Assembly: GCA_030586555.1 (NCBI GenBank)
Contig: JAURAC010000004.1
Span: forward strand, 69,056-133,055
Source: Candidatus Subterrananammoxibius californiae
Lineage (GTDB): Bacteria > Planctomycetota > Brocadiia > Brocadiales > Subterrananammoxibiaceae
Reading direction: 5' to 3'
DNA: 64,000 nucleotides
Numbering within the stretch: the first letter of the stretch is position 1; every line of letters begins with the position of its first letter. Of the stretch, positions 42,097 through 55,321 are shown one piece after another. The notes under the pieces were generated by a model that worked only from the letters and a program-made list of their open reading frames with translations, ran no database searches and was not told the origin of the DNA. The translations under genes were made by a program, and so were the position numbers.

Positions 42097-42468
42097 CTAT
42101 TTTGGACTCTTCGCTCCGTACTTTGAACGTCCGCGCTTCCTGCCATCAACGCCCGCAGCATCCAGCGTGCCCCTGATTATATGATATTTTACTCCGGGAA
42201 GGTCACGAACACGTCCCCCTCTTACCAGGACAATCGAGTGCTCCTGTAAATTGTGGCCCTCGCCCGGTATATACGCAGTAATTTCTCTGCCGTTCGATAA
42301 CCTGACCCTTGCAACCTTCCTCAATGCGGAATTTGGCTTCTTAGGCGTTCTTGTCATCACCTGCAAGCAAACGCCTCTTTTTTGGGAACACCCCTCCAGG
42401 TCAGGACTCTTACTCTTTTTTCTTACCTTTTGTCTTCCTTTTCTAATCAGTTGATTTATAGTCGGCAT
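42097..42468 (-). CDS. rpsL: 30S ribosomal protein S12
   Basis: [22 protein letters not shown]. Confidence 0.99.
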   Translation of the reverse strand: MPTINQLIRKGRQKVRKKSKSPDLEGCSQKRGVCLQVMTRTPKKPNSALRKVARVRLSNGREITAYIPGEGHNLQEHSIVLVRGGRVRDLPGVKYHIIRGTLDAAGVDGRKRGRSKYGAKSPK

Positions 42469-42482
42469 AATTTCTCCCTATA

Positions 42483-45400
42483 TCATGCAGAAGGATTGTT
42501 CTCTGGGATTTCCTCACCTTTTGGTATCGTAAATTCTGGTATCTTCTTCACCTGTAAACCGAGGTACTTCCTTGCCCCGGTTCCTGCAGGTACTAAGTGA
42601 CCGAGAATGACATTTTCTTTTAATCCTGCCAACATATCCCTTTGTCCTGCAAGGGCAGCTTTTGTAAGCACCTTAGTAGTTTCCTGGAACGAAGCGGCGG
42701 ATATAAAGCTCTCAGCTTGTAAGGATGCCTTTGTTATGCCTAACAACAATGGTTTTGCTGTTGCAGGTTTGTCACTTTTTTCCTGCACCTTCTTATTTAT
42801 TTCTTTAAACTTAAACTTGTCAATCACTGCGCCGGGGAGTAAATCCGTATCTCCTACCTCCTCAACCTTAACCTTCCGCAACATTTGAGAAATAATTATC
42901 TCAATGTGTTTATCATCAATTGGAACGTTTTGTGAGCGATATACGTTCTGAATCTCCTTAAGCATATATTGCTGGAGTGCTTCTTCGCCACAAATGCGGA
43001 GCATGTCTTGAAGTACAAGAGGCCCCTCTACAAGAGGATTGCCAGCATTCACACGGTCGCCCCTGTGAACCTTGAGATGTTTTCCTCGCGGTACGAGATG
43101 TTCTATTTCCATTCCGGATTGACCCTTGACAATAATTGTTCTCTTCCCGCGCCTCTTTTCACCAAGTTCAACAATGCCGTCAATCTCGCTCATTACGGCA
43201 GGGTCCTTAGGTTTTCTCGCCTCGACGATTTCCGTCACCCTCGGCAGACCGCCGGTAATATCTTCGGTTCTGGTAATTTCTCGTGGCGTCTTCGCAAGGA
43301 GTGTCCCTGCAATGACTTTCTCCCCCTCTTCGACCTCGATATGAGCCTTTTCTGGAATAGGATAAAGTCCGAGTATTTTGCCAGCATCGTCCTCAAGAAT
43401 TACCTGAGGATGTAGGTCGCCTTTGTGTTCGATAATAACCTGCCTCTTGATTCCCGTAGCAGCATCAGCCTCCAGGCGCATTGTCTTGCCTTCAACTACA
43501 TCCTCAAACCGAACAATTCCCGACATCTCTGCAAGAATTGGGGTCATGTGTGGGTCCCATTTTACCAGGAGCCGTGGGGGCACTATTTTTTCCCCCTCTT
43601 TAACCAACACTAAAGCACCAAGTGGAACGGTGTGTTTTTCGATTTGTCTATCCTTTTCATCAAGAAGGATAATTTCTCCATTTCCAGACAATGCCACCAT
43701 TTCGCCTTGTGGATTTTTTATCGCATTTAGATTCTCATACTTCACAATACCAGCGCGTTTGGTTTTGATTTCGGATTCTTCCACAGAACGAGTAGCAGTC
43801 CCGCCAATATGGAAGGTCTTCATTGTAAGCTGGGTGCCAGGTTCGCCAATAGATTGAGCAGCCATAATCCCTACTGCTGTGCCTTCTTCAACCAATACGC
43901 CGCGGGAAAGGTCTGTACCGTAACACTTAGTACAAATCCCCATCGGCATTTCGCAGGTAAGGGGTGAACGTACACGTATCTTTTCATAACCAAGCGCTTC
44001 AATCCTTTTTGCCTTTTCCTCGGTAATTAACTCGTTTTCTTTTACAATCACCTCGTCTTTAACAAGGTCTACAATGTTGCTTCTTGCAACACGACCGGTT
44101 ATAAGCTTGCTAAGCGGAACCTCAACGCGTTCTCCCCTGTAGATGGAGCTTTTAGAAACACCATTGACAGTACCACAGTCAATGCCCGTAATAATAACAT
44201 TTTGTGCCACATCCGCTAATTTTCGTGTCAAATAACCAGAATCGGCTGTTTTTAAGGCTGTATCTGCAAGCCCCTTGCGTGCGCCGTGTGTAGAACTGAA
44301 GTACTCAAGCACATTTAGCCCTTCTCGGAAGTTAGCTTTGATTGGGGTCTCTATGATTTTGCCAGAAGGCTTCGCCATCAGTCCTCGCATCCCTGCAAGC
44401 TGTCTTATCTGCTGGGCGCTGCCCCTTGCTCCAGATGCGGTCATCAAATATACTGGGTTCAGATACGGTTTGCCCTCCCTTGTATCACTCTTTAGCTCAT
44501 TCGTCATTTCCTCGGCAACCAATTCACCTGCATAGGTCCATGTATCAATTATTTGGTTATACCGCTCACCTTCGGTAATTATACCTTTGCGATATAACTT
44601 TTGAACCTTTTCGACTTCGGCTTGGGTTTTTTCGAGGATTTGCTGTTTTTTTCTTGGCATCTTTAGGTCTGTTATGGCAAGGGAAAGCCCTGCCTTTGTG
44701 CACACCTTGAAACCCAATTCCTTAATGTTGTCAAGCAAATCAATAGTCTTCTCCCTGCCAAGTGTTTTGTAACAATCTTGTATTATGCCGTTGATTCCTT
44801 TCTGGTCAAGTGGATAGTTATAAAACGGCATTTCAGGCGGTAAAACGTCATTTAAAAGCACACGGCCAACCGTGGTCCTGCACAGCCCGTTCTTAGGCTC
44901 GCCAAATCCATTCTTTCCCATTATAACCTTTTCAGGGTCAAGTCTAACATCAATGGTTTTGTGTATACCAATCTTTCTCTCTGCATAGGCAAGAAGGACT
45001 TCTTCAACATTACTGAACGTCTTAATCTTTGCTTTTTCAATCTGGTCTTCAGGCGATATTGTTAGATAATAGCAACCCAGCACAATATCCTGTGTCGGTG
45101 TAATAATTGGCTCACCCGAAGCTGGGGAGAAGATATTGTTTGTAGACAACATAAGCGTAATAGCTTCCACCTGAGCCTCGATAGACAGTGGAAGATGCAC
45201 AGCCATCTGGTCTCCATCAAAGTCTGCATTAAAGCCTCTACAAACCAGAGGATGTAGTTTTATAGCATTTCCTTCTATAAGGACGGGCTCAAATGCCTGA
45301 ATTCCCATCCTGTGAAGGGTAGGGGCCCTGTTAAGCAGCACTGGATGATTATGTACGACGTCCTCAAGGATGTCCCATACCTCCTCATCCTTTCTCATAA

Positions 45401-46589
45401 GCATCTTCTTGGCGTTCTTTATGGTGTCAGCAAGCCCTTTTTCTTTTAGCTTACGAATCACGAATGGTTGGAATAGTTCCAGGGCTATTTTCTTTGGTAA
45501 ACCACACTGATGTAATTTCAATTCTGGACCCACGACGATGACTGACCTTGCGGAATAATCTACCCTCTTACCGAGAAGATTTTCCCTGAAGCGTCCTTGC
45601 TTACCCTTAATCATGTCGGTAAGAGACTTAAGGGGTCGGTTATTACTACCCAGAACAGGGCGCTTCCCCCTATTATTATCAAAGAGGGCATTAACGGCTT
45701 GCTGGAGCATCCTTTTCTCATTACGAATTATTACCTCAGGGGCATTCAATTCTATGAGTTTCTTAAGTCTGTTATTACGGTTTATAATCCTTCTGTAAAG
45801 GTCGTTGAGGTCAGATGTGGCAAAATTGCCGCTTTCTAATAGAACTAATGGCCTTAAATCGGGTGGAATAACAGGAATAACGGTTAGTACCATCCATTCG
45901 GGCTTATTCCCTGAATCTCTAAGGGCTTCAACAATCTCAAGCCTTTTTATTATTTCCCTGCTACGCTGTCTGGCGTCTGTTTTTTTGAGGTCCTCTCTTA
46001 ACTCTTTTGACAACTCTTCGAGGTTAAGGTTTTGAAGTATAGTCTTGATTGCCTCTGCACCCATGCCAGCTTTAAAACTTTGCTCACCGTATTCCGCCTG
46101 AGCTTTCTTGTATTCTTCCTCTGAAAGTAGTTGATATAATTTTAGTCTGGTTTCTCCTGGGTCCGTTACCACATAATCCTGAAAGTATATCACCCTCTCC
46201 AACGATGTGGTTTTCATTCCCAATAAAGTGCCGAGTCTCGATGGCATTGCCTTAAGAAACCATATATGAACTACCGGGGCGGCAAGGTTAATATGCCCCA
46301 TCCATTTTCTTCGAACACGGGAATGCGTTACTTTTACCCCGCAACGTTCACATACAATGCTCTTATGTTTTATGCCTTTGTATTTTCCACAAAAGCATTC
46401 CCAGTTGCGTTCTGGTCCAAAGATTCGCTCGCAAAACAAACCGTCTTTCTCTGCACGGTATGTGCGATAATTAATAGTCTCTGGCTTCTTGACCTCTCCT
46501 CGAGACCAGCCCCTGATGTCCTCAGATGATGCCAAGGATATCTTAACGGCGCTATATTCGTTTATTTTTTCAAAAACTGTGTCCGTCAT
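42483..46589 (-). CDS. rpoC: RNA polymerase beta' subunit
   Basis: [12 protein letters not shown] catalytic motif, [10 protein letters not shown]. Confidence 0.99.
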   Translation of the reverse strand: MTDTVFEKINEYSAVKISLASSEDIRGWSRGEVKKPETINYRTYRAEKDGLFCERIFGPERNWECFCGKYKGIKHKSIVCERCGVKVTHSRVRRKWMGHINLAAPVVHIWFLKAMPSRLGTLLGMKTTSLERVIYFQDYVVTDPGETRLKLYQLLSEEEYKKAQAEYGEQSFKAGMGAEAIKTILQNLNLEELSKELREDLKKTDARQRSREIIKRLEIVEALRDSGNKPEWMVLTVIPVIPPDLRPLVLLESGNFATSDLNDLYRRIINRNNRLKKLIELNAPEVIIRNEKRMLQQAVNALFDNNRGKRPVLGSNNRPLKSLTDMIKGKQGRFRENLLGKRVDYSARSVIVVGPELKLHQCGLPKKIALELFQPFVIRKLKEKGLADTIKNAKKMLMRKDEEVWDILEDVVHNHPVLLNRAPTLHRMGIQAFEPVLIEGNAIKLHPLVCRGFNADFDGDQMAVHLPLSIEAQVEAITLMLSTNNIFSPASGEPIITPTQDIVLGCYYLTISPEDQIEKAKIKTFSNVEEVLLAYAERKIGIHKTIDVRLDPEKVIMGKNGFGEPKNGLCRTTVGRVLLNDVLPPEMPFYNYPLDQKGINGIIQDCYKTLGREKTIDLLDNIKELGFKVCTKAGLSLAITDLKMPRKKQQILEKTQAEVEKVQKLYRKGIITEGERYNQIIDTWTYAGELVAEEMTNELKSDTREGKPYLNPVYLMTASGARGSAQQIRQLAGMRGLMAKPSGKIIETPIKANFREGLNVLEYFSSTHGARKGLADTALKTADSGYLTRKLADVAQNVIITGIDCGTVNGVSKSSIYRGERVEVPLSKLITGRVARSNIVDLVKDEVIVKENELITEEKAKRIEALGYEKIRVRSPLTCEMPMGICTKCYGTDLSRGVLVEEGTAVGIMAAQSIGEPGTQLTMKTFHIGGTATRSVEESEIKTKRAGIVKYENLNAIKNPQGEMVALSGNGEIILLDEKDRQIEKHTVPLGALVLVKEGEKIVPPRLLVKWDPHMTPILAEMSGIVRFEDVVEGKTMRLEADAATGIKRQVIIEHKGDLHPQVILEDDAGKILGLYPIPEKAHIEVEEGEKVIAGTLLAKTPREITRTEDITGGLPRVTEIVEARKPKDPAVMSEIDGIVELGEKRRGKRTIIVKGQSGMEIEHLVPRGKHLKVHRGDRVNAGNPLVEGPLVLQDMLRICGEEALQQYMLKEIQNVYRSQNVPIDDKHIEIIISQMLRKVKVEEVGDTDLLPGAVIDKFKFKEINKKVQEKSDKPATAKPLLLGITKASLQAESFISAASFQETTKVLTKAALAGQRDMLAGLKENVILGHLVPAGTGARKYLGLQVKKIPEFTIPKGEEIPENNPSA

Positions 46590-46592
46590 AAT

Positions 46593-49500
46593 TTAAGTCT
46601 TTCTTTTTTCAAGTTGCAAATTGAGGCAAAGGCCTTCAATTTCTTTAGCAAGCACCTCAAAAGATGCAGGCGTGCCGGCTTCTAAAACATTTTCCCCTTT
46701 GACCATTGATTCGTATATCTTTGTTCTGCCCTCGACATCGTCACTCTTCACGGTCAAAAGCTCCTGCAGGTTATAAGCCGCCCCATATGCCTCAAGCGCC
46801 CATACCTCCATTTCGCCAAAGCGCTGACCGCCAAATCTGGCTTTCCCGCCAAGAGGTTGTTGTGTAATTAGAGAGTATGGCCCTGTGGCTCTGGCATGCA
46901 CCTTGTCATCAACAAGGTGGTGCAGTTTTAACATATACATGTTACCAACGGTCACCTTCTGTTCAAATGGTTCGCCTGTACGACCGTCGTATAGTATTGC
47001 CTTACCATCTTCTGGGAGACTGGCTTCTTTTAATGTCTGTCGAATTTCCTCCTCCGTAGCACCCTCAAACACCGGGGTTACGGCTTGGAATCCCAGTGTC
47101 TTTGCAGCCCACCCTAAATGTGTTTCAAGTATCTGGCCGACATTCATTCTCGAAGGTACTCCAAGGGGATTTAAGAGTATGTCAACTGGCGTACCGTCTT
47201 CGAGAAATGGCATATCTTCTTCAGGCATTATCTTTGCAATAACACCTTTGTTGCCATGTCTGCCTGCCATTTTATCACCGACAGATAATCTTCTTTTTGT
47301 GGCTATAGAAACCTTTGCCACCTCGAGGACTCCGCTTGGTAGTTCGTCTCCGCGCTTTAATTGATTGACCTTTCTGTCGCGTTCATCTTTTAAGTCATCT
47401 ATCCTGTGATAGTATTCCTGATAAATCTCTACGGCTCTATTCTTTTTCTTGCTTGAAGTGAACTTTATATTTTCAACATCAAAACGGCTTTCAATGGTAA
47501 TGATTGTCTTGGTGTGCATTCCGGGTTCGATTGTTATTTCCTGGCCTGTCTGGGAATCAATGAGCGGCTCACCGGCCTCCTCCTTCAAGTCTCGAATCAT
47601 GGCGGTAAATTCTTTTGCTATTGCCTTATCGTACTTTGCCTCTATATCTTTGAGTTCCTGTTCAATCTTTTGCCGTTTTTCGTCAGAGAGGTATGCCCTT
47701 CTTGAAAATTTCTGGGTATTAACAACTATGCCGTCTACACCAGAGGGAACCTCGAGGGATTCATTCCTGACATCTTCTCCGGCACGGCCGAAGATTGCAT
47801 GTAACAATTTTTCTTCTGGCGAAAGCTCGCTGCGGCTTTTAGGAGCAATCTTTCCAACAAGTATGTCGCCGGGCTTCACCTTCGTTCCTACACAAATAAT
47901 ACCGTCTTCATCGAGATTCTTAAGAATCTTTTCTGAGACATTTGGTATATCTCTTGTGAACTCCTCCCTGCCAAGTTTTGTTTCTCGTACCTCAACCTCG
48001 AACTCCTCACGATGAATTGATGTGTAATAGTCTTCCTTCAGCAGTCTTTCGCTTACCACAATTGCATCTTCAAAGTTGTATCCATCCCATGTCATGAATG
48101 CAACCATGACGTTCCGCCCCAGGCTGAGTTCTCCATTACAGGTAGCAGCGCCGTCTGCTATTATCTCATTCTTTTTAACTTTTTGTCCTTCTGCAACTAT
48201 CGGTTTCTGATTAAGACACGTACGCTCATTTAAACCGACAAATTTGCGTAGATTATAAACGTCATGGTCGTTAATCACAATCTGGTCAGCCGTTACTTTT
48301 GTAATGACGCCTGCATTCTCTGCACGAACCACCATGCTGGAGTTCTGTGCAACCACCTTTTCCATCCCGGTTGCAACAGTTGGCGGTTCTGTTCTGAGCA
48401 GTGGGACCGCCTGTCTCTGCATGTTAGAACCCATTAATGCCCTGTTAGCATCGCTGTGTTCAAGGAATGGGATTAAACATGCCGAAACGCCTACGAGCTG
48501 TTTGGGAGAGACATCCATATAATCTATCTCGGTTAAATTGGTAATGCGGAAATCGCCATTATATCGAGCAAGGGTTTCCTTGCTTTCTTTAGAAGCTACT
48601 ACGGGCGCAAGCACCTTTCCTTCTTCTTCATCTGCACGCAAATATTCTACATTGCCAGTAAGTTTTCCCTTTGCAAGCCGCTGGTAGGGCGTGATTAAGA
48701 AACCATACTCGTCCGTAGTGGCGTATATACCCAGTGATGCAATCAGCCCGATATTAGTTCCTTCTGGCGTCTCAATTGGACAGATTCGTCCGTAGTGTGA
48801 GACGTGGACGTCTCGAACTTCAAAACCGGCTCTCTTTCTGTTAAGACCGCCGGGACCTAAGGCGCTTAACCTTCGCTCGTGGGTGAGCTGGGCAAGAGGA
48901 TTGGTCTGGTCTAATACTTGAGATAACTCGCCTCTACTGAAAAAATATTCAATAGTGGAAAGAATGGTTTTTGAATTTATAAGCCCTCTTGGAGTAAGTT
49001 GTTCCTGGTCTTTTACGCTCATTCTTTCCTGCACGGTTCTCCTGAGCTTAAGAAAGCCTTTCCGTAGTTCCTCTCCCGCCAATTCGCCAATAGTTCTAAG
49101 GCGTCTGTTACCAAGATGGTCAATATCGTCAACCGAAGCGCCCTCGCCCTTTCTTAGTTTCATAATGTACCTGATGGAGTTGATGAAGTCTTCCTTCTGA
49201 AGGGTCATTTCGGATTCGGTTATATTTTGGCCCAGTTTTCTATTTAATCTGAATCTGCCTACAGCGCCAAGTCGGTATCTTTTCTGGTCCTGAAACTTCT
49301 CATAAAATAATTGTTTAGCTTTGTCTAATTGTTGTGGATTGCCAGGACGAAATCTTATATAAATCTTTAGTAGGGCATCTTCATGAGACTTTGTGTAATC
49401 AACGTCAAGGGTATTTAATATTAAAGGGTCGTCCATTTTCTTTATTATTTCAATTTCCTTTAGCTTGAAATCCACGATTGCCTTTGCCGCCGCATCTGTA

Positions 49501-50249
49501 ATTTGTTTCCCTGATTCTAAGGCAACTTCGCCTGTATCTGGGTTTACGATCCTTGTAACTGTGTATCTGCCACGTAGCTTGGAAGCCGAAGCGTGAGTAG
49601 TCACTTCGACCTTCTCCGTTTCGTAAAAGAGTCTTAAGATATCTGCATTGTCAGAATACTCTTCAGATATCGCCCTGAGGAAGCATGTAGCCGGGAATTT
49701 TCCACTCTGGTCTATCCTTAACGTGAGAACATCCTTCTTACTAACTTCCATTTCAACCCAGCTGCCTCTGTCTGGAATTATCCTGCAGGAATGCAGTCGC
49801 TTCTCAGCCTGTACTTCCTCTATAAAATCAACTCCAGGTGAACGATGAAGCTGGGTAACAATCACTCGTTCAGTGCCATTAATAATGAACTCTCCACCGC
49901 CGATCATGATAGGTATTTCACCCAGATAGACCTCTTCTTCTATTGGTTCTGCTTTATTTAATCTTAACCAGAGTCGGAATGGTCTGCCATAAGTAAGACG
50001 TAGCTGGCGGCATTCATCAGGGGTATAACGTGGCTTTCCAAGTTCGTATTTGATAAACTCAAGCGAAACAGTTTCGCTATAATTCTTTATAGGGAAAATC
50101 TCGCGCAATATTGCTTCTACCCCCTGATTTTTTCGCTTAGATGCGGGCACATCCATCTGCAAGAAATCTGCATAAGATACTGTCTGGATTTGCACCAGGT
50201 TTGGAACCTCTACTGCGTCTTCAACCTTGCCATAATTACGAATATTCAT
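46593..50249 (-). CDS. rpoB: RNA polymerase beta subunit
   Basis: [29 protein letters not shown]. Confidence 0.99.
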   Translation of the reverse strand: MNIRNYGKVEDAVEVPNLVQIQTVSYADFLQMDVPASKRKNQGVEAILREIFPIKNYSETVSLEFIKYELGKPRYTPDECRQLRLTYGRPFRLWLRLNKAEPIEEEVYLGEIPIMIGGGEFIINGTERVIVTQLHRSPGVDFIEEVQAEKRLHSCRIIPDRGSWVEMEVSKKDVLTLRIDQSGKFPATCFLRAISEEYSDNADILRLFYETEKVEVTTHASASKLRGRYTVTRIVNPDTGEVALESGKQITDAAAKAIVDFKLKEIEIIKKMDDPLILNTLDVDYTKSHEDALLKIYIRFRPGNPQQLDKAKQLFYEKFQDQKRYRLGAVGRFRLNRKLGQNITESEMTLQKEDFINSIRYIMKLRKGEGASVDDIDHLGNRRLRTIGELAGEELRKGFLKLRRTVQERMSVKDQEQLTPRGLINSKTILSTIEYFFSRGELSQVLDQTNPLAQLTHERRLSALGPGGLNRKRAGFEVRDVHVSHYGRICPIETPEGTNIGLIASLGIYATTDEYGFLITPYQRLAKGKLTGNVEYLRADEEEGKVLAPVVASKESKETLARYNGDFRITNLTEIDYMDVSPKQLVGVSACLIPFLEHSDANRALMGSNMQRQAVPLLRTEPPTVATGMEKVVAQNSSMVVRAENAGVITKVTADQIVINDHDVYNLRKFVGLNERTCLNQKPIVAEGQKVKKNEIIADGAATCNGELSLGRNVMVAFMTWDGYNFEDAIVVSERLLKEDYYTSIHREEFEVEVRETKLGREEFTRDIPNVSEKILKNLDEDGIICVGTKVKPGDILVGKIAPKSRSELSPEEKLLHAIFGRAGEDVRNESLEVPSGVDGIVVNTQKFSRRAYLSDEKRQKIEQELKDIEAKYDKAIAKEFTAMIRDLKEEAGEPLIDSQTGQEITIEPGMHTKTIITIESRFDVENIKFTSSKKKNRAVEIYQEYYHRIDDLKDERDRKVNQLKRGDELPSGVLEVAKVSIATKRRLSVGDKMAGRHGNKGVIAKIMPEEDMPFLEDGTPVDILLNPLGVPSRMNVGQILETHLGWAAKTLGFQAVTPVFEGATEEEIRQTLKEASLPEDGKAILYDGRTGEPFEQKVTVGNMYMLKLHHLVDDKVHARATGPYSLITQQPLGGKARFGGQRFGEMEVWALEAYGAAYNLQELLTVKSDDVEGRTKIYESMVKGENVLEAGTPASFEVLAKEIEGLCLNLQLEKRKT

Positions 50250-50405
50250 TTTTCAATTCCCCTGGGAAGCGATAAAAAACACTTCTGGTAACCTATCACT
50301 TCACCGTAAAAAATACTGCGGAGAAGAATACCTGAAAATTTTTGTCCCACGCTCCTTCTTATACGTGGTTAGCCTTTTGCTCCGATGCCAGAGATACCAT
50401 TTCTT

Positions 50406-50798
50406 TTATTTTATTTCTACGGTTGCGCCAGCGGCTACCAATTCCTTCTTTATCTTCTCTGCATCTTCTTTCGAAACCCCTTCTTTTACTGTCTTAGGCG
50501 CGCCATCAACTAACGCTTTAGCCTCTTTTAACCCAAGAGAGGTCTCTGCACGTACAACCTTAATTACCTGAATCTTATTTGCACCAGCATCTTTCAATAT
50601 TACGTCAAAGGTTGATTTTTCTTCTACCGGTGCAGCAGCCTCACCCTTGGCAACTGCAGCAGCGCCAGGAGCTGGCATCGTTGCAACGGCTGCAGAAACT
50701 CCAAATTTTTTCTCAAATTCGGTTACCAATTCCGAGGCTTCTATTAATGTTAAACCACTGACCATATCAAGAATTTGTGTAATCTTTTCTGTTCCCAT
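50406..50798 (-). CDS. rplL: 50S ribosomal protein L7/L12
   Basis: [19 protein letters not shown]. Confidence 0.98.
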   Translation of the reverse strand: MGTEKITQILDMVSGLTLIEASELVTEFEKKFGVSAAVATMPAPGAAAVAKGEAAAPVEEKSTFDVILKDAGANKIQVIKVVRAETSLGLKEAKALVDGAPKTVKEGVSKEDAEKIKKELVAAGATVEIK

Positions 50799-50836
50799 TT
50801 ATTTCCTCCAATTCTTTTTACACTTAACCATCTCTC

Positions 50837-51364
50837 TTACGAACCTTCTTGCTGCTTCTTGTCCCTTACAGCCTGTAATACAATAAGCAGGCTGCGCAAA
50901 GGTGCAGAAAAGGCGCTAACTAACCTGACCATTGGCGTCTTTATTCCTATTAGTAACTGAGTAAATAATACCTCCTTGGAAGGTAAAGAAGCCAATAACT
51001 CAATTTCTTGCTGTGTTAAAAGGCGACCACCAACGTAACCGCCTCTTAGCTTTATAGCGGGGATTTTCTTTGACCAATCCTTGAGTTTTTTGGCTAAAGA
51101 CGCAGGGTCATCTCCACCTATTGCAATTGCAGTTGGGCCAATAAGCAACTTTCCTGCATCTTCCATACCCACTTTTTTAAAGGCTAACAAAGCGGCCGAA
51201 TTTTTTACCACATCGAACACAATGTGCTTTTCGTGAAGGTCCTTCCTGATTTGGTGAGCATCTGTAGCTTTGACGCCTTGAAAACCAAGTACTACACAGC
51301 TATCGGCATTTTGATATCTTGATGCCAATTCGCTTACCATAATTTGTTTTAATTGACTTGCCAT
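50837..51364 (-). CDS. rplJ: 50S ribosomal protein L10
   Basis: VVKNS, GPTAIA, LASLPSKE; operon position. Confidence 0.95.
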   Translation of the reverse strand: MASQLKQIMVSELASRYQNADSCVVLGFQGVKATDAHQIRKDLHEKHIVFDVVKNSAALLAFKKVGMEDAGKLLIGPTAIAIGGDDPASLAKKLKDWSKKIPAIKLRGGYVGGRLLTQQEIELLASLPSKEVLFTQLLIGIKTPMVRLVSAFSAPLRSLLIVLQAVRDKKQQEGS

Positions 51365-51396
51365 TGCCTAATTCAAATCCGCCTCAGGTGGATTAA

Positions 51397-52077
51397 TTAA
51401 ACTGCCAATCTAATGCTGGGACTCATCGTAGAAGAAATAAACACCTTTTGTACAAATGTGCCCTTCACTGTGGGAGGACGCAGGCTTGTAATATGTGAAA
51501 TAAATGCAAGAATATTGTCCATCAGGTCACCTTCGGAAAAAGATAATCTCCCAACGGATGCCTGAACATTGCCTCCTGCATCTGTCCTGTACTCAATCTT
51601 CCCAGCCTTAAATTCGCTGACCGCTGTCTCAATATTATCCGTAACTGTACCAGATTTGGGAGAAGGCATCTTGCCTTGCGGACCAAGGATTCGGCCCAGC
51701 TTGCCAACGATACGCATCATATCAGAGGAAGCAATCGCCACGTCAAAATCGGCCCATCCACCCTCAATTTTTTTGGCTAAATCCTCTGCTCCAACCTCAT
51801 CTGCTCCAGCCTTTTTAGCCAATTCAGCCTTTTCTCCTGTGGCAAAAACAACCACCTTGAGCTGTTTACCTATCCCTTTTGGCAATGATATTGAACCTCT
51901 CACAAGCTGGTCAGAGCGCTTGGGGTCAACCCCAAGCTTCATAGCAATCTCAACCGTCTCATCAAACTTTGCCTTCTTTAAATCTTTTAATAAATGGATA
52001 GCTTCTTTGATATCGTATTTACGCAACTTATCAATTAACTTTTGGGAATCCTGATACCTTTTGCTTTTATGTGCCAT
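51397..52077 (-). CDS. rplA: 50S ribosomal protein L1
   Basis: KFDETVE, LGRILGPQGKMPSPKSGTVT. Confidence 0.98.
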   Translation of the reverse strand: MAHKSKRYQDSQKLIDKLRKYDIKEAIHLLKDLKKAKFDETVEIAMKLGVDPKRSDQLVRGSISLPKGIGKQLKVVVFATGEKAELAKKAGADEVGAEDLAKKIEGGWADFDVAIASSDMMRIVGKLGRILGPQGKMPSPKSGTVTDNIETAVSEFKAGKIEYRTDAGGNVQASVGRLSFSEGDLMDNILAFISHITSLRPPTVKGTFVQKVFISSTMSPSIRLAV

Positions 52078-52112
52078 GTAAAGTGTACCTTTTCTAATCC
52101 GCCTAAGGCGGA

Positions 52113-52538
52113 CTAATCCGTTATCTTAATGCCCATACTGCGGGCTGTTCCTTCAATAACTTTTATAGCTGATTCCAGATTGGAAGCGTTAAGGTCTGCC
52201 AATTTAGTAGTTGCTATTTCACGCACCTGCTGTTTCGTAACTTGCCCAACCTTCTCACGATTTGGAACAGCCGAACCTTTTGCTATCCCTGCGGCACGCT
52301 TTAAAAGCACCGCTGCCGGGGGAGACTTGAGAATAAAATCAAATGCTTTATTCTTATAAACCGTAATTTCTACAGGGATAATAATACCCTGAGAATTCTT
52401 TGTTCTCTCATTAAACTGTGTTACAAACTGTCCTATGTTAACACCGTGTTGTCCAAGCGCCGGACCAACAGGTGGAGCTGGCGTGGCTTGCCCTCCTGGA
52501 ACCTGTAATTTAATCTTAGCCACTATTTCTTTCGCCAT
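52113..52538 (-). CDS. rplK: 50S ribosomal protein L11
   Basis: [19 protein letters not shown]. Confidence 0.98.
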   Translation of the reverse strand: MAKEIVAKIKLQVPGGQATPAPPVGPALGQHGVNIGQFVTQFNERTKNSQGIIIPVEITVYKNKAFDFILKSPPAAVLLKRAAGIAKGSAVPNREKVGQVTKQQVREIATTKLADLNASNLESAIKVIEGTARSMGIKITD

Positions 52539-52573
52539 ATTTAATCCGTAGATTTTCTATTATTAGTAACTTT

Positions 52574-53119
52574 CTAAATACTTTCAACCTGCCAATATTC
52601 TAACTCAACGGGCGTTGGGCGACCAAAGACTGTCAGGATGATTTTTACGCGTCCGCTCGCTGGAAAGACCTCTTCAATAACTCCATCAAAATTTTCAAAT
52701 GGTCCTTCCTTTACTCTTACCTTATCCCCTTCACTAAATTCTATCCTTGATTTCGGAGCTTCTTCTTTGACAACTGTCTCGCTTAGTATCTTTTCCACCT
52801 CATAATCTGCCATTGCTACAGGTGTTCGCTCACCCCCTATAAAATCGCCAGCACCCGGGGTTTCTCTAATTAAAAACCATACATCAGAGGGTATTTGACC
52901 TTTCTCATCCACCTCCACCTCTGCCATCACATAGCCTGGATATATCTTTCTCTCTATTATCCTTTTCTTGCCACCTTTAATCTCAGATATCTTTTCGCTG
53001 GGGACCATTACCTTTGAAATTAGATGTTCCAATCCCCTCGTTTTGATATGTTCCTCTAAGCTCCTTTTTACCTTATCCTCTTTGTTGCTTTGAACACGCA
53101 ACACGTACCACTTCTTCAT
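52574..53119 (-). CDS. nusG: Transcription factor NusG
   Basis: WYVLRVQS, YPGYV, GPFENFDG, FGRPTPVEL. Confidence 0.97.
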   Translation of the reverse strand: MKKWYVLRVQSNKEDKVKRSLEEHIKTRGLEHLISKVMVPSEKISEIKGGKKRIIERKIYPGYVMAEVEVDEKGQIPSDVWFLIRETPGAGDFIGGERTPVAMADYEVEKILSETVVKEEAPKSRIEFSEGDKVRVKEGPFENFDGVIEEVFPASGRVKIILTVFGRPTPVELEYWQVESI

Positions 53120-53147
53120 TTGTATACCCGCTCCGCCTGCCCTCCTC

Positions 53148-53624
53148 CTATAGGAATCCCAACAATTTCATAACCTGACGCATCAGAGCATCTACTCCAA
53201 AAATATATATACTTAAGACTATTACAGATATTATTACAACAATTATCGAACCTGAGAGCTCTTGTTTTGTAGGCCAGGAAACCTTTTGAAGCTCTGCCTG
53301 AGTGTCTATAAGAAAATCCACTGTCTTTCTGGCACCGGTATCGAGAGGCCCAATCTTTGTCTGTACCCCTCCGACTAAAATACCCACAAAAGCACCACAA
53401 ATTACGAATAAGATTACTGCGCTAAGGAAGCCCCAATTAAAACTTACGTTTAGAACCGGTACCCTGGCGCCTGCATAAACTTCTGGTAGAGATATCAGCG
53501 TTACGTATAACGAGTATGAAGCAAAGAGTACAACGAATCCTAATATAATTGCTAACCCGTATCTTGCATAAACACCCTGTTTTTTCCTATAAACTTCGAA
53601 GCCCATATATTTTAACAACGCCAC
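53148..53624 (-). CDS. secE: Preprotein translocase SecE (three-TM type)
   Basis: DFLIDTQAELQKVSWPTKQE; start may be 53606. Confidence 0.92.
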   Translation of the reverse strand: MALLKYMGFEVYRKKQGVYARYGLAIILGFVVLFASYSLYVTLISLPEVYAGARVPVLNVSFNWGFLSAVILFVICGAFVGILVGGVQTKIGPLDTGARKTVDFLIDTQAELQKVSWPTKQELSGSIIVVIISVIVLSIYIFGVDALMRQVMKLLGFL

Positions 53625-53682
53625 CTATTGCTTGAAAGGAACCTCCCTTTTGACCAGCTCAGTACAAGATTCTTCAAAAATA

Positions 53683-53759
53683 TGGCAGGTCTGGAGGGAT
53701 TCGAACCCCCAACACCCGGATTTGGAGTCCGGTGCTCTACCAATTAGAGCTACAGACCT
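53683..53759 (-). tRNA. tRNA-Trp(CCA)
   Basis: AGGTCTGTAGCTC...CTCCAAA anticodon loop...GTTCGAATC...CAGACCTGCCA. Confidence 0.96.
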
Positions 53760-53859
53760 GCTTTGGGAATTTTAAAATCCCAGCCTTCAAATCCTATAAA
53801 TCGGGGTACTTAAAATAAACCAGAACACCTATCAAATCAACACCCGCCAGGTGAGACCA

Positions 53860-54009
53860 TCATTTCTTTTGCTCCTTATGGGTAGTATGTTTACGACAAA
53901 ACTTGCAAAATTTCTTTAATTCCAGACGTTCTGTTCCCCGAGCCTTTTTAGTAAGACGGTAACTCCTATTTGAGCATTCGGAACACACCATGGTTATCCA
54001 TTCACGCAT
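53860..54009 (-). CDS. rpmG: 50S ribosomal protein L33 (Zn-binding)
   Basis: Manual translation MREWITMVCSECSNRSYRLTKKARGTERLELKKFCKFCRKHTTHKEQKK. Confidence 0.95.
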   Translation of the reverse strand: MREWITMVCSECSNRSYRLTKKARGTERLELKKFCKFCRKHTTHKEQKK

Positions 54010-54025
54010 GTCTATTACCCCAAAA

Positions 54026-55228
54026 TTATGCGATAATCTTGCTTACCACGCCTGCGCCGACCGTCTTTCCACCCTCCCTGATTGCAAACCTCAGGTTCTC
54101 CTCCATCGCTATCGGCGTTATTAACTCCACCCCTGCATTTACATTATCTCCAGGCATCACCATCTCCGCACCTCCAAGTAAACTCACCACCCCTGTAACG
54201 TCCGTCGTGCGAAAATAGAACTGTGGCCTGTAGCCCATAAAGAATGGCGTATGCCTCCCGCCTTCTTCCTTCGTTAATATATATGCCTGCGCCTCAAACT
54301 TCGTGTGTGGCGTTATACTACCTGGCTTCGCTAATACCTGTCCCCTCTCAAGGTCCTCCTTCTCTACGCCTCTTAACAACACCCCTACGTTATCTCCCGC
54401 CATCCCTTGCTCAAGGGTCTTATTGAACATCTCTACTCCCGTCACTACCGTCTTCTTTATCTCCGTCTTCATCCCCACTACTTCTACTTCATCTCCTACC
54501 TTCACCACTCCTCGCTCTATCCTACCAGTGCCTACCGTGCCCCTGCCCTTTATGCTGAAGACGTCTTCTATCGACATGAGAAACGGCTTGTCCGTCTCTC
54601 TCTTAGGTTCGGGTACGTAGCTATCCACTGCGTCAAGGAGCTGTGAGATAGGCCCGCACTTCTTGCACTCCTTGCCGGCGCATCCACACTGAGACGCTTC
54701 AAGCGCCGAGCCTCTTATTACAGGTATCTTGTCCCCTGGAAACTCATACTTGTTCAGTAACTCCCTTACCTCAAGCTCCACAAGGTCAAGCAGCTCAGGG
54801 TCGTCAAGGGCATCCACCTTGTTCATAAATACCACTATCGCCGGCACTCCCACCTGTCGGGCAAGTAATATGTGTTCCCTCGTCTGCGGCATTGGACCAT
54901 CTGGGGCGCTTACCACAAGTATCGCTCCGTCCATCTGCGCCGCTCCCGTTATCATGTTCTTTATATAGTCCGCATGTCCAGGGCAATCAACGTGCGCATA
55001 GTGTCTCTTCTCCGTTTCATACTCTACGTGCGATATCGCTATCGTTATTCCCCTTTCCTTCTCCTCGGGGGCGTTGTCTATAGTATCAAATGGTCTTTCT
55101 TTTGCCAGTCCTTGTTTTGCCAGTATGTGCGTTATTACCGATGTTAACGTCGTTTTGCCATGGTCAACGTGTCCTATCGTTCCAACGTTTAGATGCGGCT
55201 TTGTCCGCTTAAATACTTCCTTGCCCAT
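54026..55228 (-). CDS. tuf: Elongation factor Tu (tRNA-linked copy)
   Basis: Same protein as 38260-39462 except the last residue. Confidence 0.99.
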   Translation of the reverse strand: MGKEVFKRTKPHLNVGTIGHVDHGKTTLTSVITHILAKQGLAKERPFDTIDNAPEEKERGITIAISHVEYETEKRHYAHVDCPGHADYIKNMITGAAQMDGAILVVSAPDGPMPQTREHILLARQVGVPAIVVFMNKVDALDDPELLDLVELEVRELLNKYEFPGDKIPVIRGSALEASQCGCAGKECKKCGPISQLLDAVDSYVPEPKRETDKPFLMSIEDVFSIKGRGTVGTGRIERGVVKVGDEVEVVGMKTEIKKTVVTGVEMFNKTLEQGMAGDNVGVLLRGVEKEDLERGQVLAKPGSITPHTKFEAQAYILTKEEGGRHTPFFMGYRPQFYFRTTDVTGVVSLLGGAEMVMPGDNVNAGVELITPIAMEENLRFAIREGGKTVGAGVVSKIIA

Positions 55229-55321
55229 TTTAAATATCTCCTATATATACGCCTACTGCATATAAGTAATTATGCTTTATTAACATTGTAAGAATGATTT
55301 CTAAAAGCGTTAGTAGTTTGA

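Noticed and set aside
42607..49848. Many plus-strand ORFs of 60-190 aa within rpoB/rpoC, and similar ones across other housekeeping genes
   Set aside because: Antisense shadows with no recognisable motifs.
51365..51396. Hairpin before rplJ as an L10 leader
   Set aside because: The gap is only 32 nt and the hairpin is a family B repeat.
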